Under the pieces are notes generated by a model. That model worked only from the letters and a program-made list of their open reading frames with translations. It did not search any database and had not been told where the DNA came from. The translations under genes were made by a program, and so were the position numbers. Of a DNA stretch of 64,000 bases, positions 1-9,918 are shown piece by piece. Positions within the stretch are counted from its first letter, which is position 1. Each line of letters starts with the position of its first letter. The stretch covers positions 62,001 through 126,000 of the IMG/VR virus record IMGVR_UViG_3300024054_000362; one strand, given 5' to 3'.

Positions 1-6
1 CGCAGT

Positions 7-168
7 TCAGCGTCGACGACGACGGTGGCCGACGGGCTTGTGGAAGCCCATCGCGATCATGATCCCGGCCGACAGAACCAGGCCTGCAACACCGAGCATG
101 ACTGCAGGTCCACGTGACGGCGGCGTCGACGGGGCCGACGTCGGCGGCGCCGCCTGTGCCAACATCAT
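7..168 (-). CDS. small membrane protein, C-terminal TM + poly-Arg
   Basis: MMLAQ...VMLGVAGLVLSAGIMIAMG..HRRRRR; start moved to ATG 168 just downstream of the previous stop. Confidence 0.55.
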   Translation of the reverse strand: MMLAQAAPPTSAPSTPPSRGPAVMLGVAGLVLSAGIMIAMGFHKPVGHRRRRR

Positions 169-200
169 ATACCGCGAAGGCGACGTCCACTGTGCAGCGA

Positions 201-1037
201 TCACGCAGCCCTCCGACGACGACGCATCAACCAGTAACCGCCACCGCCGACAGCCGCCACCGCTCCGACGATCGCGAACCACATCACTGGATTGTTTACA
301 CGGAAGAAGTTGTCACGCTCCTCGCCCGGACGTGCGGACGTTGTTGCTGGAAATTGCGATCCTGGAAACTGCGATCCTGGAACCTTCGGCGGTACGAACG
401 GCGGCGAGCTGGATGGCGGAACCGTCGTCGGTCCCACGTCAACACGCGGCGGTTCGACGGTCGTTGGTACGGGCTCCGTCGATGTCGAGGCCGGCGGCGT
501 CACCGACGTTGCTCCCCCCGGCGCAGGCTCGCCGACGGCAACCGCGAACGTCGCGATGTCGACTTGCTGCACGCCTTGTGGCGGGGCATCGGTCTCGGCG
601 ACCGACTGGTGGGTCACAGCTTGGCCGAAGTACCCACCGAAGCCCGATCGCGGCGTCGCCATCGCAGCTGCCGGCGTGAGTGCAGTGATGAAACCGGCCG
701 CTGTCGGCGTCATCGGCGTCAACGTACGCGGTGGTACTGGAAGCGGTGGCGGCCGTAGCACGTCGAACGTCACCGCGATGCGCCACTTCCCACGACGCGC
801 GTCGAACGCTGTGATCGTCCCGGCCGGATACAGACAGCCGACGGACGTCGCGATCATCCACGGCGCCGGGCAGAGCGGCGGTTGCGTGGGTTGTGGGTTG
901 GTCGTCAACGCAGGCGCGAACTGTCCCGAACGCAGGCAGCCGCGCGACGTCAACACGGAACCCGGCGGACACGCTTGTGGCGTCACCGTTGGTGTCGTCG
1001 GTGTCATTCCGGGTGCGGTGGGCGATGCCGAGAACAT
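201..1037 (-). CDS. Pro/Thr-rich membrane-anchored virion protein, paralog family A
   Basis: GTITAFDARRGKWRIAV motif, GFGGYFGQ, C-terminal WFAIVGAVAAVGGGGYWLMRRRRR. Confidence 0.7.
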   Translation of the reverse strand: MFSASPTAPGMTPTTPTVTPQACPPGSVLTSRGCLRSGQFAPALTTNPQPTQPPLCPAPWMIATSVGCLYPAGTITAFDARRGKWRIAVTFDVLRPPPLPVPPRTLTPMTPTAAGFITALTPAAAMATPRSGFGGYFGQAVTHQSVAETDAPPQGVQQVDIATFAVAVGEPAPGGATSVTPPASTSTEPVPTTVEPPRVDVGPTTVPPSSSPPFVPPKVPGSQFPGSQFPATTSARPGEERDNFFRVNNPVMWFAIVGAVAAVGGGGYWLMRRRRRAA

Positions 1038-1039
1038 GT

Positions 1040-2119
1040 TCAGGCCGCCTTCGCTGCGGGGACAGTTCTGCGACGACGGATATACCAGTAACCGCCACCC
1101 ACAGCGGCCACACCGCCGATCGTAGCGACCCAGAACAACGGCTTCTTGTAGAACGGCGTCGTGCCGGTCAGCTTCTCCAGCTCGGCCTCAGTAACCTGTC
1201 GAGCAGGCGCTGCGGGTGCGGTCGTCGACGGTGCCGTCTCGGTGAACGTCGCGCTCGCAGCTTGTCCGAGGCCACAGTCCCCGAAGATGCACTGACCGCC
1301 TCCGAACGTGGTGTCACGCATGATGCCAAAGCCAAGACCGGCCGTCTTGGGAGGTGTCGTAGTCGTCGGTGTCGGCGTTGTGACCGGAACCTTTGGGACG
1401 GCGACGCGATACTTGCCGAGCTTCTTGCTGAATGCGTAGACCGTGCCGGCCTTGACCGGGCTGGCCTTGACCGGGCTGGCCTTGAGCACCGTACCTGTCG
1501 TCAAGCTTTTCAGAACGTCCGGCGAGACGTGCGCCGTGATCTTGCGGCCACCGCTTGTCGTTGTCCCTGGTGCACCGGGCGTTCCCGCTTGCGGCGTTGT
1601 GCCAGCGGGGAAGATGACACGTAACGCTTTTTCGATGATCGCTGCTTGTCCGCCGACAGCGTTGTAGATCGTGTCGCGCATCTTCAAGGCCGCATCTGCG
1701 GCTTGATCACCTCTACCTTCACTGATTTCATTGCCGACTCCACGAATTAGCGCAGTAACATCTGTGAAGTGGCGGAACAAATCATATAGATTGAAGAAGC
1801 CTTTCGTCCAGCTCTCGATCTGAGCATTAGCGTCCTTCAACGTCGTAACGATCTCGGTGATGGCCGACTTGACGTCCGGCTGCTTGTCGAGCAACGACAA
1901 CTTGCTGACGAATTCAGCCGTTGCAATGAACTCGTTGAAGATCGCCGCCATCGTGATGTCGTTGATCACGCCGGTTGCTTGATCCTGTGGAATCTTTTTT
2001 CGGCTTATCAAATAAGTCTGGAGCGACTTGATCGCAGGCGAAGACATCTCTGCCCCGAGACCATTCATCGGGCTCAGGAAACCGGCCGGGCTCGCACCGA
2101 GAAGTTGAGTCGTCAGCAT
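1040..2119 (-). CDS. membrane-anchored protein, family A, with peptidoglycan-binding-like N-region
   Basis: ATG 2119 after GGAG RBS; AIKSLQTYL..ATGVINDITMAAI; GTVYAFSKKLGKYRVAV; EKLTGTTPFYKKPLFW-TM-RRRR. Confidence 0.75.
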   Translation of the reverse strand: MLTTQLLGASPAGFLSPMNGLGAEMSSPAIKSLQTYLISRKKIPQDQATGVINDITMAAIFNEFIATAEFVSKLSLLDKQPDVKSAITEIVTTLKDANAQIESWTKGFFNLYDLFRHFTDVTALIRGVGNEISEGRGDQAADAALKMRDTIYNAVGGQAAIIEKALRVIFPAGTTPQAGTPGAPGTTTSGGRKITAHVSPDVLKSLTTGTVLKASPVKASPVKAGTVYAFSKKLGKYRVAVPKVPVTTPTPTTTTPPKTAGLGFGIMRDTTFGGGQCIFGDCGLGQAASATFTETAPSTTAPAAPARQVTEAELEKLTGTTPFYKKPLFWVATIGGVAAVGGGYWYIRRRRTVPAAKAA

Positions 2120-2180
2120 CCGCGTGCTCCTTGGTCGATCGCGCGAGCGATCTAACCCCTTCAAGCTACGCGGTGGGGAG

Positions 2181-4160
2181 CTACCTTGTCAAACGTCGTC
2201 GCCGTCGGTACAGCACGTAACCGCCCGCTCCTGCTGCGATTACGCTAGTCCCCACCACGACCCAGAACAACGGTTGCTTGGTGATCGGCAACGTGCCCGT
2301 CGCCTTCTGGAATTCGGTCAGTGCCACGAGCGACGTGCTCGATGGTAACGTCGCCGCAGTTTGCTGGACGACTTCAAAGGGTGCGCTTTGCTCAAAAGCG
2401 CCGAGCCTTGTATGAACTCGTTTCGCGATTCGAAAACGCTGGATCTTCGGATCGAATGCGGCAATCGACCCCCTCGGATAGATCGGCGTCGTAGCAAGCG
2501 GGACAACTGGTGGCGTCAACGGCAGGAGCACCTGGCCGCCAACGGGCGTCTTCCCCGGACAACCCGTCACGTCGTTGGCAGCAGTCGCCATCGTGATCAT
2601 GTTCGCGGAGATGTTCGCGAGGATCGACGCACGCAGCTGTAGGAGGTGATTCGGAATTCCCGTAACTGGTGTCGACGAACCCGCGCCGGGCGACAGCGGC
2701 GCCGGCTTGGGGAAGTCCATCGCGAGGAACTTCAAGATCGCATACACCAGCTCGGCGACGTCGAGCGCCGCGCAAGCCGCGCGACCCTGTGCCGCTGCCG
2801 ATACGACGGCGGCTGACGTCGCCGGTGTTGCGACGAGACCGGTTCCAGCAGCCGCGATCGCGACGACGACATCGTTGTTGATCAGTGCGCAGCCGAACTC
2901 CTTGATGGTGGAGTAGATCTCCCCGATGTTGTCTTCGATCCAATTCCACGCGTCCGACGCAGCGTCGATGACCGTTCGCGCAGCAGCTGCAACAGCATCG
3001 GCAACGTAGTCCCACGGGTACCGCGATTCGTCTGGATCGGGGACGCGCTTGATCACGAGCAGCTCGGTCTGATCGTTCCAGAACGCGCCCATACGCGAGC
3101 CGTCGTTGCCCTTGAAAACGAGGAACGCAATCGCGCCACGCCGAACACTCAGGTCGAGCGAATCACCTTCGTTTTTGTGTTTCTCCCACTCAGCGAGATC
3201 GCGTGCCGCGAGATTCGCGCGCGGAGCCTTACCGGAGTACGACCGTGACGCGCCCCAGTCCGCCGACACGATCTCCTTACCCTTGGGCCACTCACGGTGG
3301 TCGCGTACTGCCTCACGCGCCATGATCCCTGGCGAAGGTGGTGGCAGCACGGGCTGGCAACCGGCTGGCGACGGACACGTCGTCAGCTGCGCCGTCATCA
3401 ACGGATACTTGATCGTTCGATCGACCTTCTTACACCACTGCCCCGAACGAAGTCGCTCCCAGTGGCCCGGCACGCCGGGCGACGCCGCCCAAATGAAGTT
3501 TCCGTCCGCGCTACACGTTCCGACTTCTGGTGCTGCATTGGTCGCACAACCGCCGAGGCCAATTTCACCGTTTCCACCAAGCCCATAGAGCGGACCGTCG
3601 ATCTTGGGGTCGTAGAAACGGGGCGGACGCCAATCCGACGCGAGAACCGCCTCAGCAGATCCCAACCCTGACGACGGCGCAGGCGGCGGGATGACGGCAA
3701 GCAGTGTTGCGATCGGAGCTGCTGCAACGCTCAACGCGCTCTTCACGGCCTTCATCGCGTTGTCGATGCTGCTCGCAACACCGCCACCGCCTGGAATCAA
3801 CCGAATGATGCCGAGCAGCGCGCTGTAGACCGTATCGATGATCCACGGCGAGAGGACGACGTTGATCACTTCCTCGCCGTACGGGATGACGCTGATCGGT
3901 TTTTTGATCAGTCCAACGACGTCGACAGCAGCGCCGACGACAGGATGGATCTGCGTCCCTACGAACTTTCCCGTATGCGCGATCGCGATGATCGTGCTCA
4001 ACGTCATCGTCCCGTCGTAGCGCGCAGGATCGCATTCGAGCTTCCCACGCTCGAATGCAAAACGGCGGAGCTGCTCCTGCAGCGCCTTTACGCCCGCCGT
4101 GACACCCGTCGGAATCGCGGCGGCGTCACCGAGCAAGTCACCTTGGTTGTAGTGGAGCAC
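2181..4160 (-). CDS. large membrane-anchored virion protein, family A
   Basis: 659 aa; GVKALQEQL..YDGTM; GSIAAFDPKIQRFRIA; QKATGTLPITKQPLFW-TM-RRRRR; several GLG motifs. Confidence 0.75.
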   Translation of the reverse strand: MLHYNQGDLLGDAAAIPTGVTAGVKALQEQLRRFAFERGKLECDPARYDGTMTLSTIIAIAHTGKFVGTQIHPVVGAAVDVVGLIKKPISVIPYGEEVINVVLSPWIIDTVYSALLGIIRLIPGGGGVASSIDNAMKAVKSALSVAAAPIATLLAVIPPPAPSSGLGSAEAVLASDWRPPRFYDPKIDGPLYGLGGNGEIGLGGCATNAAPEVGTCSADGNFIWAASPGVPGHWERLRSGQWCKKVDRTIKYPLMTAQLTTCPSPAGCQPVLPPPSPGIMAREAVRDHREWPKGKEIVSADWGASRSYSGKAPRANLAARDLAEWEKHKNEGDSLDLSVRRGAIAFLVFKGNDGSRMGAFWNDQTELLVIKRVPDPDESRYPWDYVADAVAAAARTVIDAASDAWNWIEDNIGEIYSTIKEFGCALINNDVVVAIAAAGTGLVATPATSAAVVSAAAQGRAACAALDVAELVYAILKFLAMDFPKPAPLSPGAGSSTPVTGIPNHLLQLRASILANISANMITMATAANDVTGCPGKTPVGGQVLLPLTPPVVPLATTPIYPRGSIAAFDPKIQRFRIAKRVHTRLGAFEQSAPFEVVQQTAATLPSSTSLVALTEFQKATGTLPITKQPLFWVVVGTSVIAAGAGGYVLYRRRRRLTR

Positions 4161-4168
4161 GCACGTAC

Positions 4169-4957
4169 CTAGTAGTACGCCGCCTTCGCCACGACAGGTG
4201 CACGACGACGCATGAGCAGCGCCGCGCCGCCACCAAGGATGATCACGCCGCCCGCGATCGCGACCCAGAAGAGCGGCTTCTTGAAGATCGGCTGCGTGCC
4301 CGTCTTCTCTTCGAAGTTACCCTCCGTGATCGTTGTGGCGCTTGCTGAAGGCGTTGCCGCGGATGGAATTTCAGAAATGGTTGGGGATGCACCTAAACCG
4401 AAAAAATCGCGCAAACCGGTTTGCGGCGGCAACGTCGTACCAACGGGAATGCCAACACGCCACAACCCCGTCTTGGCACTGAACGCTTGAACTGATCCGA
4501 CCGGCAGGTTGGTGTATGTCTGCGGTGTGCCAGTACTCGATGGCGTCGTCGGAAACTGCGTCGACGGCGGAAACTGCTGTGTTGATGTCGTCGGGAATGG
4601 CTGGCTCGGTGGGAACTGCTGGTCCGCGCCTGCCGGCTGGAACGTGTTCGATGTCTGGAACGCCGCGAACCGTGGATCCGTCGAAGACGACGATGTCGTC
4701 TGGAACGACGGTCCGAAAGCCGCCTGCGCGAGATGTGCGTTCGCCGTTGTGGTCGGCGTGTGCTGCTCTGCGGGTCGACCGCCACAGATCCCTTGCGCGG
4801 CGGACGTCACGAAGGCACCCATCGCCTGCGGCGTCGAGCGTGGCGCATGAACGCCCTCGACAGCAGGTCCGATCTCGCAAGCGAGATTCTGCAGATCGGC
4901 CACAGTCGAGTCCTCGACTGGGCGCGCATCACGACCGTTCAGCTGCGCGTAAAGCAT
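4169..4957 (-). CDS. membrane-anchored protein, family A
   Basis: GSVQAFSAKTGLWRVGIP; EEKTGTQPIFKKPLFW-TM-RRR; QQFP repeats. Confidence 0.75.
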   Translation of the reverse strand: MLYAQLNGRDARPVEDSTVADLQNLACEIGPAVEGVHAPRSTPQAMGAFVTSAAQGICGGRPAEQHTPTTTANAHLAQAAFGPSFQTTSSSSTDPRFAAFQTSNTFQPAGADQQFPPSQPFPTTSTQQFPPSTQFPTTPSSTGTPQTYTNLPVGSVQAFSAKTGLWRVGIPVGTTLPPQTGLRDFFGLGASPTISEIPSAATPSASATTITEGNFEEKTGTQPIFKKPLFWVAIAGGVIILGGGAALLMRRRAPVVAKAAYY

Positions 4958-5096
4958 GTTGGCTCCAAGTCGATCGCGCGCGCGATCTTGACACTTTCAA
5001 GCTACTCGCCGGGTACGCACGTTGTCAAATGCCCGATCGCAGCAGCGATCGCCGCGAAGCTACCCAGAAACCCTGAGGTCATGTTAGGTTGAACGT

Positions 5097-5942
5097 ATGA
5101 CCGAAGCGGTACTCGGGCGCGCTTTCACCGTCGGTGCTCAGGCCGGCCGCGCGCTCGCGCGACGACATCGCGTCCGCAGCTCCCTCGGTGCAACCGACGG
5201 GTTGACTACGACTTCCAGTGAAAAGATCGCCATCGCTGCCATCATCGCAGGCGGTGTCGCCGTGCTTGGTGGTGCAATCGCGTATGGAATTGCCGCGCGC
5301 CGTCGTACGGCTACACTGCGAGACACGCTCGGTCGCGTCCAGACACGCGTCAGCAAGGGCGGCATGACGCTCACCCACCACTACGATCCAGAGATGCCGA
5401 TCCAGCAACGCGTCGGCATTCTCCAGGATCTCGTGTGGAAGGGCGTCACCAACCCACAGATGCGCGAACTTGCGCTCGCGATCACGGGCTACGGAACACG
5501 TGACGTCACCGTCGGCAAGCGGCGATTCCGTGTGAAGGGTGCGGGTTGTCCCGCGCGCGACGGACTTTGCGAGTCCGAGGCGGTCTACAACTGGACCAAG
5601 AACAACATCCGCTACACCGGCGACGTCGCGCCCGTGAAGATGCCAGGAGGTGACGTTGAAGGCGTCGACCTCTTCCAGGCACCGCACCGCACCGTCGAAT
5701 TCGGTGGCGAAGACTGCGATGGCCACACGGTCGTCACGACGACGCTTCTCTCACTCAACGGCATCCCTGCAAAGTTTCGCATCACCGCGCCGACGAAATC
5801 TAGTGACTGGGCACACATCTTCGGGCTCGCGGGCCTCCCGAAGACCAATCCGAAGCGTTGGGTGCCCTTGGATACAACCCTTCCAGGAAACATGTTTGGA
5901 CGAGAAGTACCCTCGGCCAAGCACATGGATTTTGTTGCTTGA
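5097..5942 (+). CDS. transglutaminase-like cysteine enzyme with N-terminal TM (putative maturation protease)
   Basis: VYNWTKNNIRY, GGEDCDGH (Cys), WAHIF (His), WVPLDTT (Asp): transglutaminase-core triad order; hydrophobic segment IAIAAIIAGGVAVLGGAIAYGIA. Confidence 0.8.
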   Translation: MTEAVLGRAFTVGAQAGRALARRHRVRSSLGATDGLTTTSSEKIAIAAIIAGGVAVLGGAIAYGIAARRRTATLRDTLGRVQTRVSKGGMTLTHHYDPEMPIQQRVGILQDLVWKGVTNPQMRELALAITGYGTRDVTVGKRRFRVKGAGCPARDGLCESEAVYNWTKNNIRYTGDVAPVKMPGGDVEGVDLFQAPHRTVEFGGEDCDGHTVVTTTLLSLNGIPAKFRITAPTKSSDWAHIFGLAGLPKTNPKRWVPLDTTLPGNMFGREVPSAKHMDFVA

Positions 5943-5952
5943 GTAGCAAGAG

Positions 5953-6486
5953 TCACGACTTGAAACGTTGTGTGCCGCGAAGGTAGCGCACGGCAGCTTC
6001 AAGAAGTTCAACGTCATCCTTGAAGCTACCGATGCCGACGTTGCATTGATGGCATAGAAGTCCACGGACCTCATTGGTCTTGTGGTCGTGATCGACTGCG
6101 ATCCATTTCACGCGACTGTTTTTAATTCGCGTCTCGATCTGTCGACAGATCGCGCAACGTCCATCGTGAGCGACGTACAACTGATCGTAGTCGGTTTGCG
6201 TGATGCCATAGTTGCGCATGTACTTGTACGCACGCTGGTTGATCTTTTCGCGTTCGTGAACAAGTCCACCACGCTTTCGATATTGCTTTCGGTATTTCGA
6301 AACCTTTTCTCGATGTCCAGGCTTTGCCCACTTTCGCTTCGCGATCGCCTTCACCTTCTTCGGGTTCTTCCTGTACCAATCGCGGAAGTACGCCTTGCAG
6401 CATTCCTTGCACCAGCGTTTCCGGCCGCGTGGATAGAACTCGCCGGGTAGGTTGCACTTCGTGCAGATTTTGGAGATGTCACTCAC
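5953..6486 (-). CDS. endonuclease VII-like (HNH) homing endonuclease
   Basis: CTKC..CKEC, YGIT, CAIC, VDHDHKTNEVRGLLCHQCNVGIG; AT-richer than its neighbours. Confidence 0.85.
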   Translation of the reverse strand: MSDISKICTKCNLPGEFYPRGRKRWCKECCKAYFRDWYRKNPKKVKAIAKRKWAKPGHREKVSKYRKQYRKRGGLVHEREKINQRAYKYMRNYGITQTDYDQLYVAHDGRCAICRQIETRIKNSRVKWIAVDHDHKTNEVRGLLCHQCNVGIGSFKDDVELLEAAVRYLRGTQRFKS

Positions 6487-6574
6487 GTCTGATTGGTTGT
6501 AACATGCACGCTGATTGGTCGCAATAACCTCGACGCTATGGTGATCGTACCCGCGACCGTGATACGTTCATCAC

Positions 6575-6799
6575 GTGAGCTGCTCCATCGGCTACGAGGT
6601 CTCGTTCGAAGTTCGCTCGCTGAAGACAACGCGCAACGTGGTCTTCACGAAGAAGCAAGCTGCACGCGACTTCAAGAAGAAATGGCCAGGCGCGACGATC
6701 CGCGCTGTGGAAATCTGCGACGACACCGGCAAGATCACGCGTCGAGGCAAGCGTACCTTCACCGGACGTCGCAAGCATCGGGTGCGTCGTCGACGGTGA
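6575..6799 (+). CDS. small basic protein
   Basis: 74 aa ending RRKHRVRRRR; GC3-biased codons. Confidence 0.5.
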   Translation: MSCSIGYEVSFEVRSLKTTRNVVFTKKQAARDFKKKWPGATIRAVEICDDTGKITRRGKRTFTGRRKHRVRRRR

Positions 6800-6802
6800 A
6801 TC

Positions 6803-7141
6803 GTGCCGATTCACTACTTTCAAGACGACAACGGCTACCTCGTCTACAAGAACACCAAGACGGGTGCGTTCGTTCACGTCTGGGATGGCGATCTCGCGAA
6901 CGCCGTCGACATCTGCGAGGACTGGTACGAGAACCAGCGGAGCCCGTGTCATCGCCTGATCAACAACGACTTCTCGTTTCGAAATTTGCGCGGCGTCCTG
7001 CGTGAGCTGAACCGTGCCGTCGAACTCGCCGACGCAACTAGCGCTGAGATCGACGGCGATGACTACCTCGACTTGCTCACGACCGTAGAAGATCTCGAAG
7101 GCATCATCGATCGCATCATCGCGATCGCAGATCAACGCTAG
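6803..7141 (+). CDS. hypothetical acidic protein
   Basis: 112-aa ORF with coding-like codon usage. Confidence 0.55.
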   Translation: MPIHYFQDDNGYLVYKNTKTGAFVHVWDGDLANAVDICEDWYENQRSPCHRLINNDFSFRNLRGVLRELNRAVELADATSAEIDGDDYLDLLTTVEDLEGIIDRIIAIADQR

Positions 7142-7824
7142 TCGTTGACCTGCTGACCACGTCCGCAAATCGGACGACCAGCAGAATCCTTATATGCGAG
7201 CGCGGCCTCGACAGCGCGGTTCTGACCCGTCGCAACGCTGTTGACGAGCCCGTTGTTGAGGCCGCCACGACGGACGCCGTCGCGGTGGATGACGCTCCAG
7301 AAGTGTTTGCCGCCGATGACCGGATCGATCACACCACGTTGCCGAAAGTCTTCCATCTCCTCCGGCGTGAACGACGTGACGCGAAGCGTACAGGCACCGA
7401 GCCTCGCTTCGAGACGCGGTCCACGCCACGCGGCGCCGATACGCTTGCGACCCGGCGGACCCTTCTCACGCCAGTCGAGCGCAATCGGCCCACCCAACGA
7501 TCGACGACGCGTCCGCGCTCGCGCGAAGCCACCCCTCCTGGCGTGTGCGGGCGTGCGCGGAGAGCCTTCAAGGAACTTCTTCGTGAGGAAGACGGTCCCC
7601 GTCATGAACATCGCCGTCAGGATCAGCGGTGGCAGCACTCGCCCGATGATGTCCGTCGTCGGAGGGAGCACTACGTCGTGCTCGATCTTGATCTTGAAAT
7701 CGGACGCGATGGTCGCAAGCTTCTCAGCTGCCGTCGTTAGCTTGTCGACGGCGGTCGCGACCTCGGGTGGAACGGTGATGGTTTGGTTGAACTGACCCAG
7801 TTCGCTGTGTGTTGCAGCCAGCAT
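7138..7824 (-). CDS. membrane protein with LG motifs
   Basis: GGAGG RBS; HSELGQ, TM segment, RRRRSLGG. Confidence 0.65.
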   Translation of the reverse strand: MLAATHSELGQFNQTITVPPEVATAVDKLTTAAEKLATIASDFKIKIEHDVVLPPTTDIIGRVLPPLILTAMFMTGTVFLTKKFLEGSPRTPAHARRGGFARARTRRRSLGGPIALDWREKGPPGRKRIGAAWRGPRLEARLGACTLRVTSFTPEEMEDFRQRGVIDPVIGGKHFWSVIHRDGVRRGGLNNGLVNSVATGQNRAVEAALAYKDSAGRPICGRGQQVND

Positions 7825-7839
7825 AACTTCCTCCGAGGG

Positions 7840-8397
7840 TTAGCAACCGCGAACGACACGAACGACGCGCGCCTTCTTTACACCGCCGCGAACCAGATCC
7901 GCTGCATCGGTCTTGTTGGCCGCTTCGACACAGAGGCTCGTCGGCGTCGGGAACTTCGGGTAGCGCACCGTCACGCGGTAACGCGCACCGAGCGCACGAC
8001 CACGCAGTTTCTTGTACTCGACGGTCGACTGATCAAGTTCGATTACGTCGCCTGTGGCTGGATCAACAAAGTAGACGGGCTCCCGCTCCCGCGTCGGCCG
8101 TTTGTACGGTCCACGCTTCGCGCCCGCCAACGCCTCTGACGAACGTCGAAAGATTGTCAGTGCGGCGATGCCAGCCCCGATCGCCGCGATGCCTGCGACG
8201 ACAACAGCAGGAACGAGAACCTTGCGAGCTGCATCCTCGGCGTTACAGCGAACTGTCGAGACTAGCTCGTCGGCGATGCCTTTGGCCGTCGCTTCGTCGA
8301 TGGGTTGAATCGGACCGACTGAAATACTCGTCAGCTTCTGCACGAGCGCGTTCGGGTCACTCGACGGGCAGGCACCCAAACACGAGACGGCGAGCAT
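7840..8397 (-). CDS. membrane protein with basic C-terminal domain
   Basis: SCLGA, TM VLVPAVVVAGIAAIGAGIAALTIF, RALGA. Confidence 0.65.
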   Translation of the reverse strand: MLAVSCLGACPSSDPNALVQKLTSISVGPIQPIDEATAKGIADELVSTVRCNAEDAARKVLVPAVVVAGIAAIGAGIAALTIFRRSSEALAGAKRGPYKRPTREREPVYFVDPATGDVIELDQSTVEYKKLRGRALGARYRVTVRYPKFPTPTSLCVEAANKTDAADLVRGGVKKARVVRVVRGC

Positions 8398-8624
8398 TAG
8401 GTATCTCCCGACGGCTTTCGTTTGGTGACGTGTGCGAGTACTTCGCTTGGCATGAAGCGAACACGATTTCCGATTCGGAAATGCGGCAGTTCATGAAGGC
8501 GTCGACGAATCGTCGCCGAACTCACTTTCAAGAAGCTCGCTAGTTCCCGCGGCGTCAGCGGCCGTTCGATCGTCTGAGGGATCACGACGTCCCCCAGCGC
8601 GCGTTGACGTCGACGCTTCGCCAT
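8397..8624 (-). CDS. excisionase-like helix-turn-helix protein
   Basis: LTPRELASFLKVSSATIRR..LPHFRIGNRVRF; N-terminal MAKRRRQRALGD. Confidence 0.75.
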   Translation of the reverse strand: MAKRRRQRALGDVVIPQTIERPLTPRELASFLKVSSATIRRRLHELPHFRIGNRVRFMPSEVLAHVTKRKPSGDT

Positions 8625-8741
8625 CTCTTCAGCACAACGTACGTGGAGTCGCGGACGCGATCAAGTCACCAACGTGATCAGGGATGCTCAGTGATGATCA
8701 GGGATCAACAGGCTAACTCAGCGAAATCGCAGTCCTTTATA

Positions 8742-8770
8742 TTGCAGTCGCGCGAGCGATCGACTACGGT
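8742..8770 (+). promoter_or_regulatory. putative sigma70-like promoter overlapping a palindromic operator
   Basis: TTGCAG-17 nt-TACGGT; AGTCGC-GCGA-GCGATC lies in the spacer. Confidence 0.4.
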
Positions 8771-8776
8771 ATTCGC

Positions 8777-9640
8777 ATGATGGTCCCGTGGACGCGCAGT
8801 GAGCACGTCTCGATGCATTGGCGCCCCGACGCCATTACGTCGACGAGCGTGATCCAGCCGATGTGGATCCGTCAGCTCTCGCCCGTGGACATGGCAACGC
8901 ACACCGTCGATCCGTTCGTTACGTCCGTTCGCGGTCGTGGTCCGGCGGTATCGCCGTATCCATCGTCCGAGGACGTCGCGTACGCCGCGGGCAAGCTCGC
9001 ACAGCTGTTCGCCCGCGGCCAGACCGGTGTCGTATGTGCCGGCACGGAGAAGATTCGCGTCGACGCGAACACGCCGCCGAGCGGCGGTATCGTCGGCATC
9101 ATCATCCAGGCCGCACAGCAGCTCATGCGCGGTGGCCCGGTGAAGATCCAGATCGGCTCGCGCGCCGTCATGGTCTGCAACAGCGGACCCAATGGTGAAC
9201 CGGCCATCACACCGACGAACGGCGCGGCACCGGCCATCACACCAGCGAACGGTGCAGCTTCGCCCGCACAGCCTACCTCGATGACAGTCGGCCCGACGAG
9301 TGGCCTCGGCCAGATGCAGGAAGTGCTACCGAAGGTCCCACCACCCGGGCATGTCCCTCAACAACCGTTCCTCGACTACGCATTCACGTACCGGAAGCTC
9401 AACTACGACGACAACGTTTGGGGTCGTCGGAACTTCCAGGCGTCAATCGCGAGTCGCTTTGCACCAAACGCGATCGCGGCGACGAACGCCGTTGCATCGA
9501 TTCCGGTGCGCGACGCTCAACGCCAGGTCGATCCGGCGCTCGCGTCGCGCGCACCGATGGTGATGCGGCGATGGCCACACCCCGAAGCGGTGTGGCCGCA
9601 CCAGGCGCACATGGTCCACACCCGCCGAGGGGGTCGCTGA
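8777..9640 (+). CDS. hypothetical virion protein
   Basis: first gene of the capsid operon; PAITP repeats, SGLGQ. Confidence 0.6.
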   Translation: MMVPWTRSEHVSMHWRPDAITSTSVIQPMWIRQLSPVDMATHTVDPFVTSVRGRGPAVSPYPSSEDVAYAAGKLAQLFARGQTGVVCAGTEKIRVDANTPPSGGIVGIIIQAAQQLMRGGPVKIQIGSRAVMVCNSGPNGEPAITPTNGAAPAITPANGAASPAQPTSMTVGPTSGLGQMQEVLPKVPPPGHVPQQPFLDYAFTYRKLNYDDNVWGRRNFQASIASRFAPNAIAATNAVASIPVRDAQRQVDPALASRAPMVMRRWPHPEAVWPHQAHMVHTRRGGR

Positions 9641-9888
9641 TGCCCAGCGTCTTCACCATCGACGGCGCTCCTGTGGCGCCGCCCAAGAAGTCCAAGTCCA
9701 AGCGAGTGTCCAAAGCGCTCGGTGACGCCCCCGTCGTCGGCTTCTGCAAGACCGTCAAGAACCCGCGAACCGGATGCGAGATGCAGCTCTGCTACGTCGG
9801 CGTCGGTTCACGGACCAAGAACGGCAAGAAGAGTCGAACCGGCTGGGAATTCCAAGAAGGGTCTTCGCGCTGCCCGACGCGGCGCTGA
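9640..9888 (+). CDS. small basic Cys-containing protein
   Basis: start overlaps the upstream stop (TGATG); KKSKSKRVSKALGD. Confidence 0.6.
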   Translation: MPSVFTIDGAPVAPPKKSKSKRVSKALGDAPVVGFCKTVKNPRTGCEMQLCYVGVGSRTKNGKKSRTGWEFQEGSSRCPTRR

Positions 9889-9918
9889 GCACAACCGACA
9901 AGAGAGGTCGAAAGCATC

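Noticed and set aside
1448-1484. 15-nt tandem repeat (KASPV) and a similar repeat near 348-383
   Set aside because: Simple coding linker duplications with no sign of a separate function.
201-4957. Sortase LPXTG signals in family A tails
   Set aside because: The TG motifs (EKLTG, QKATG, EEKTG) do not match LPXTG, and no sortase is present.
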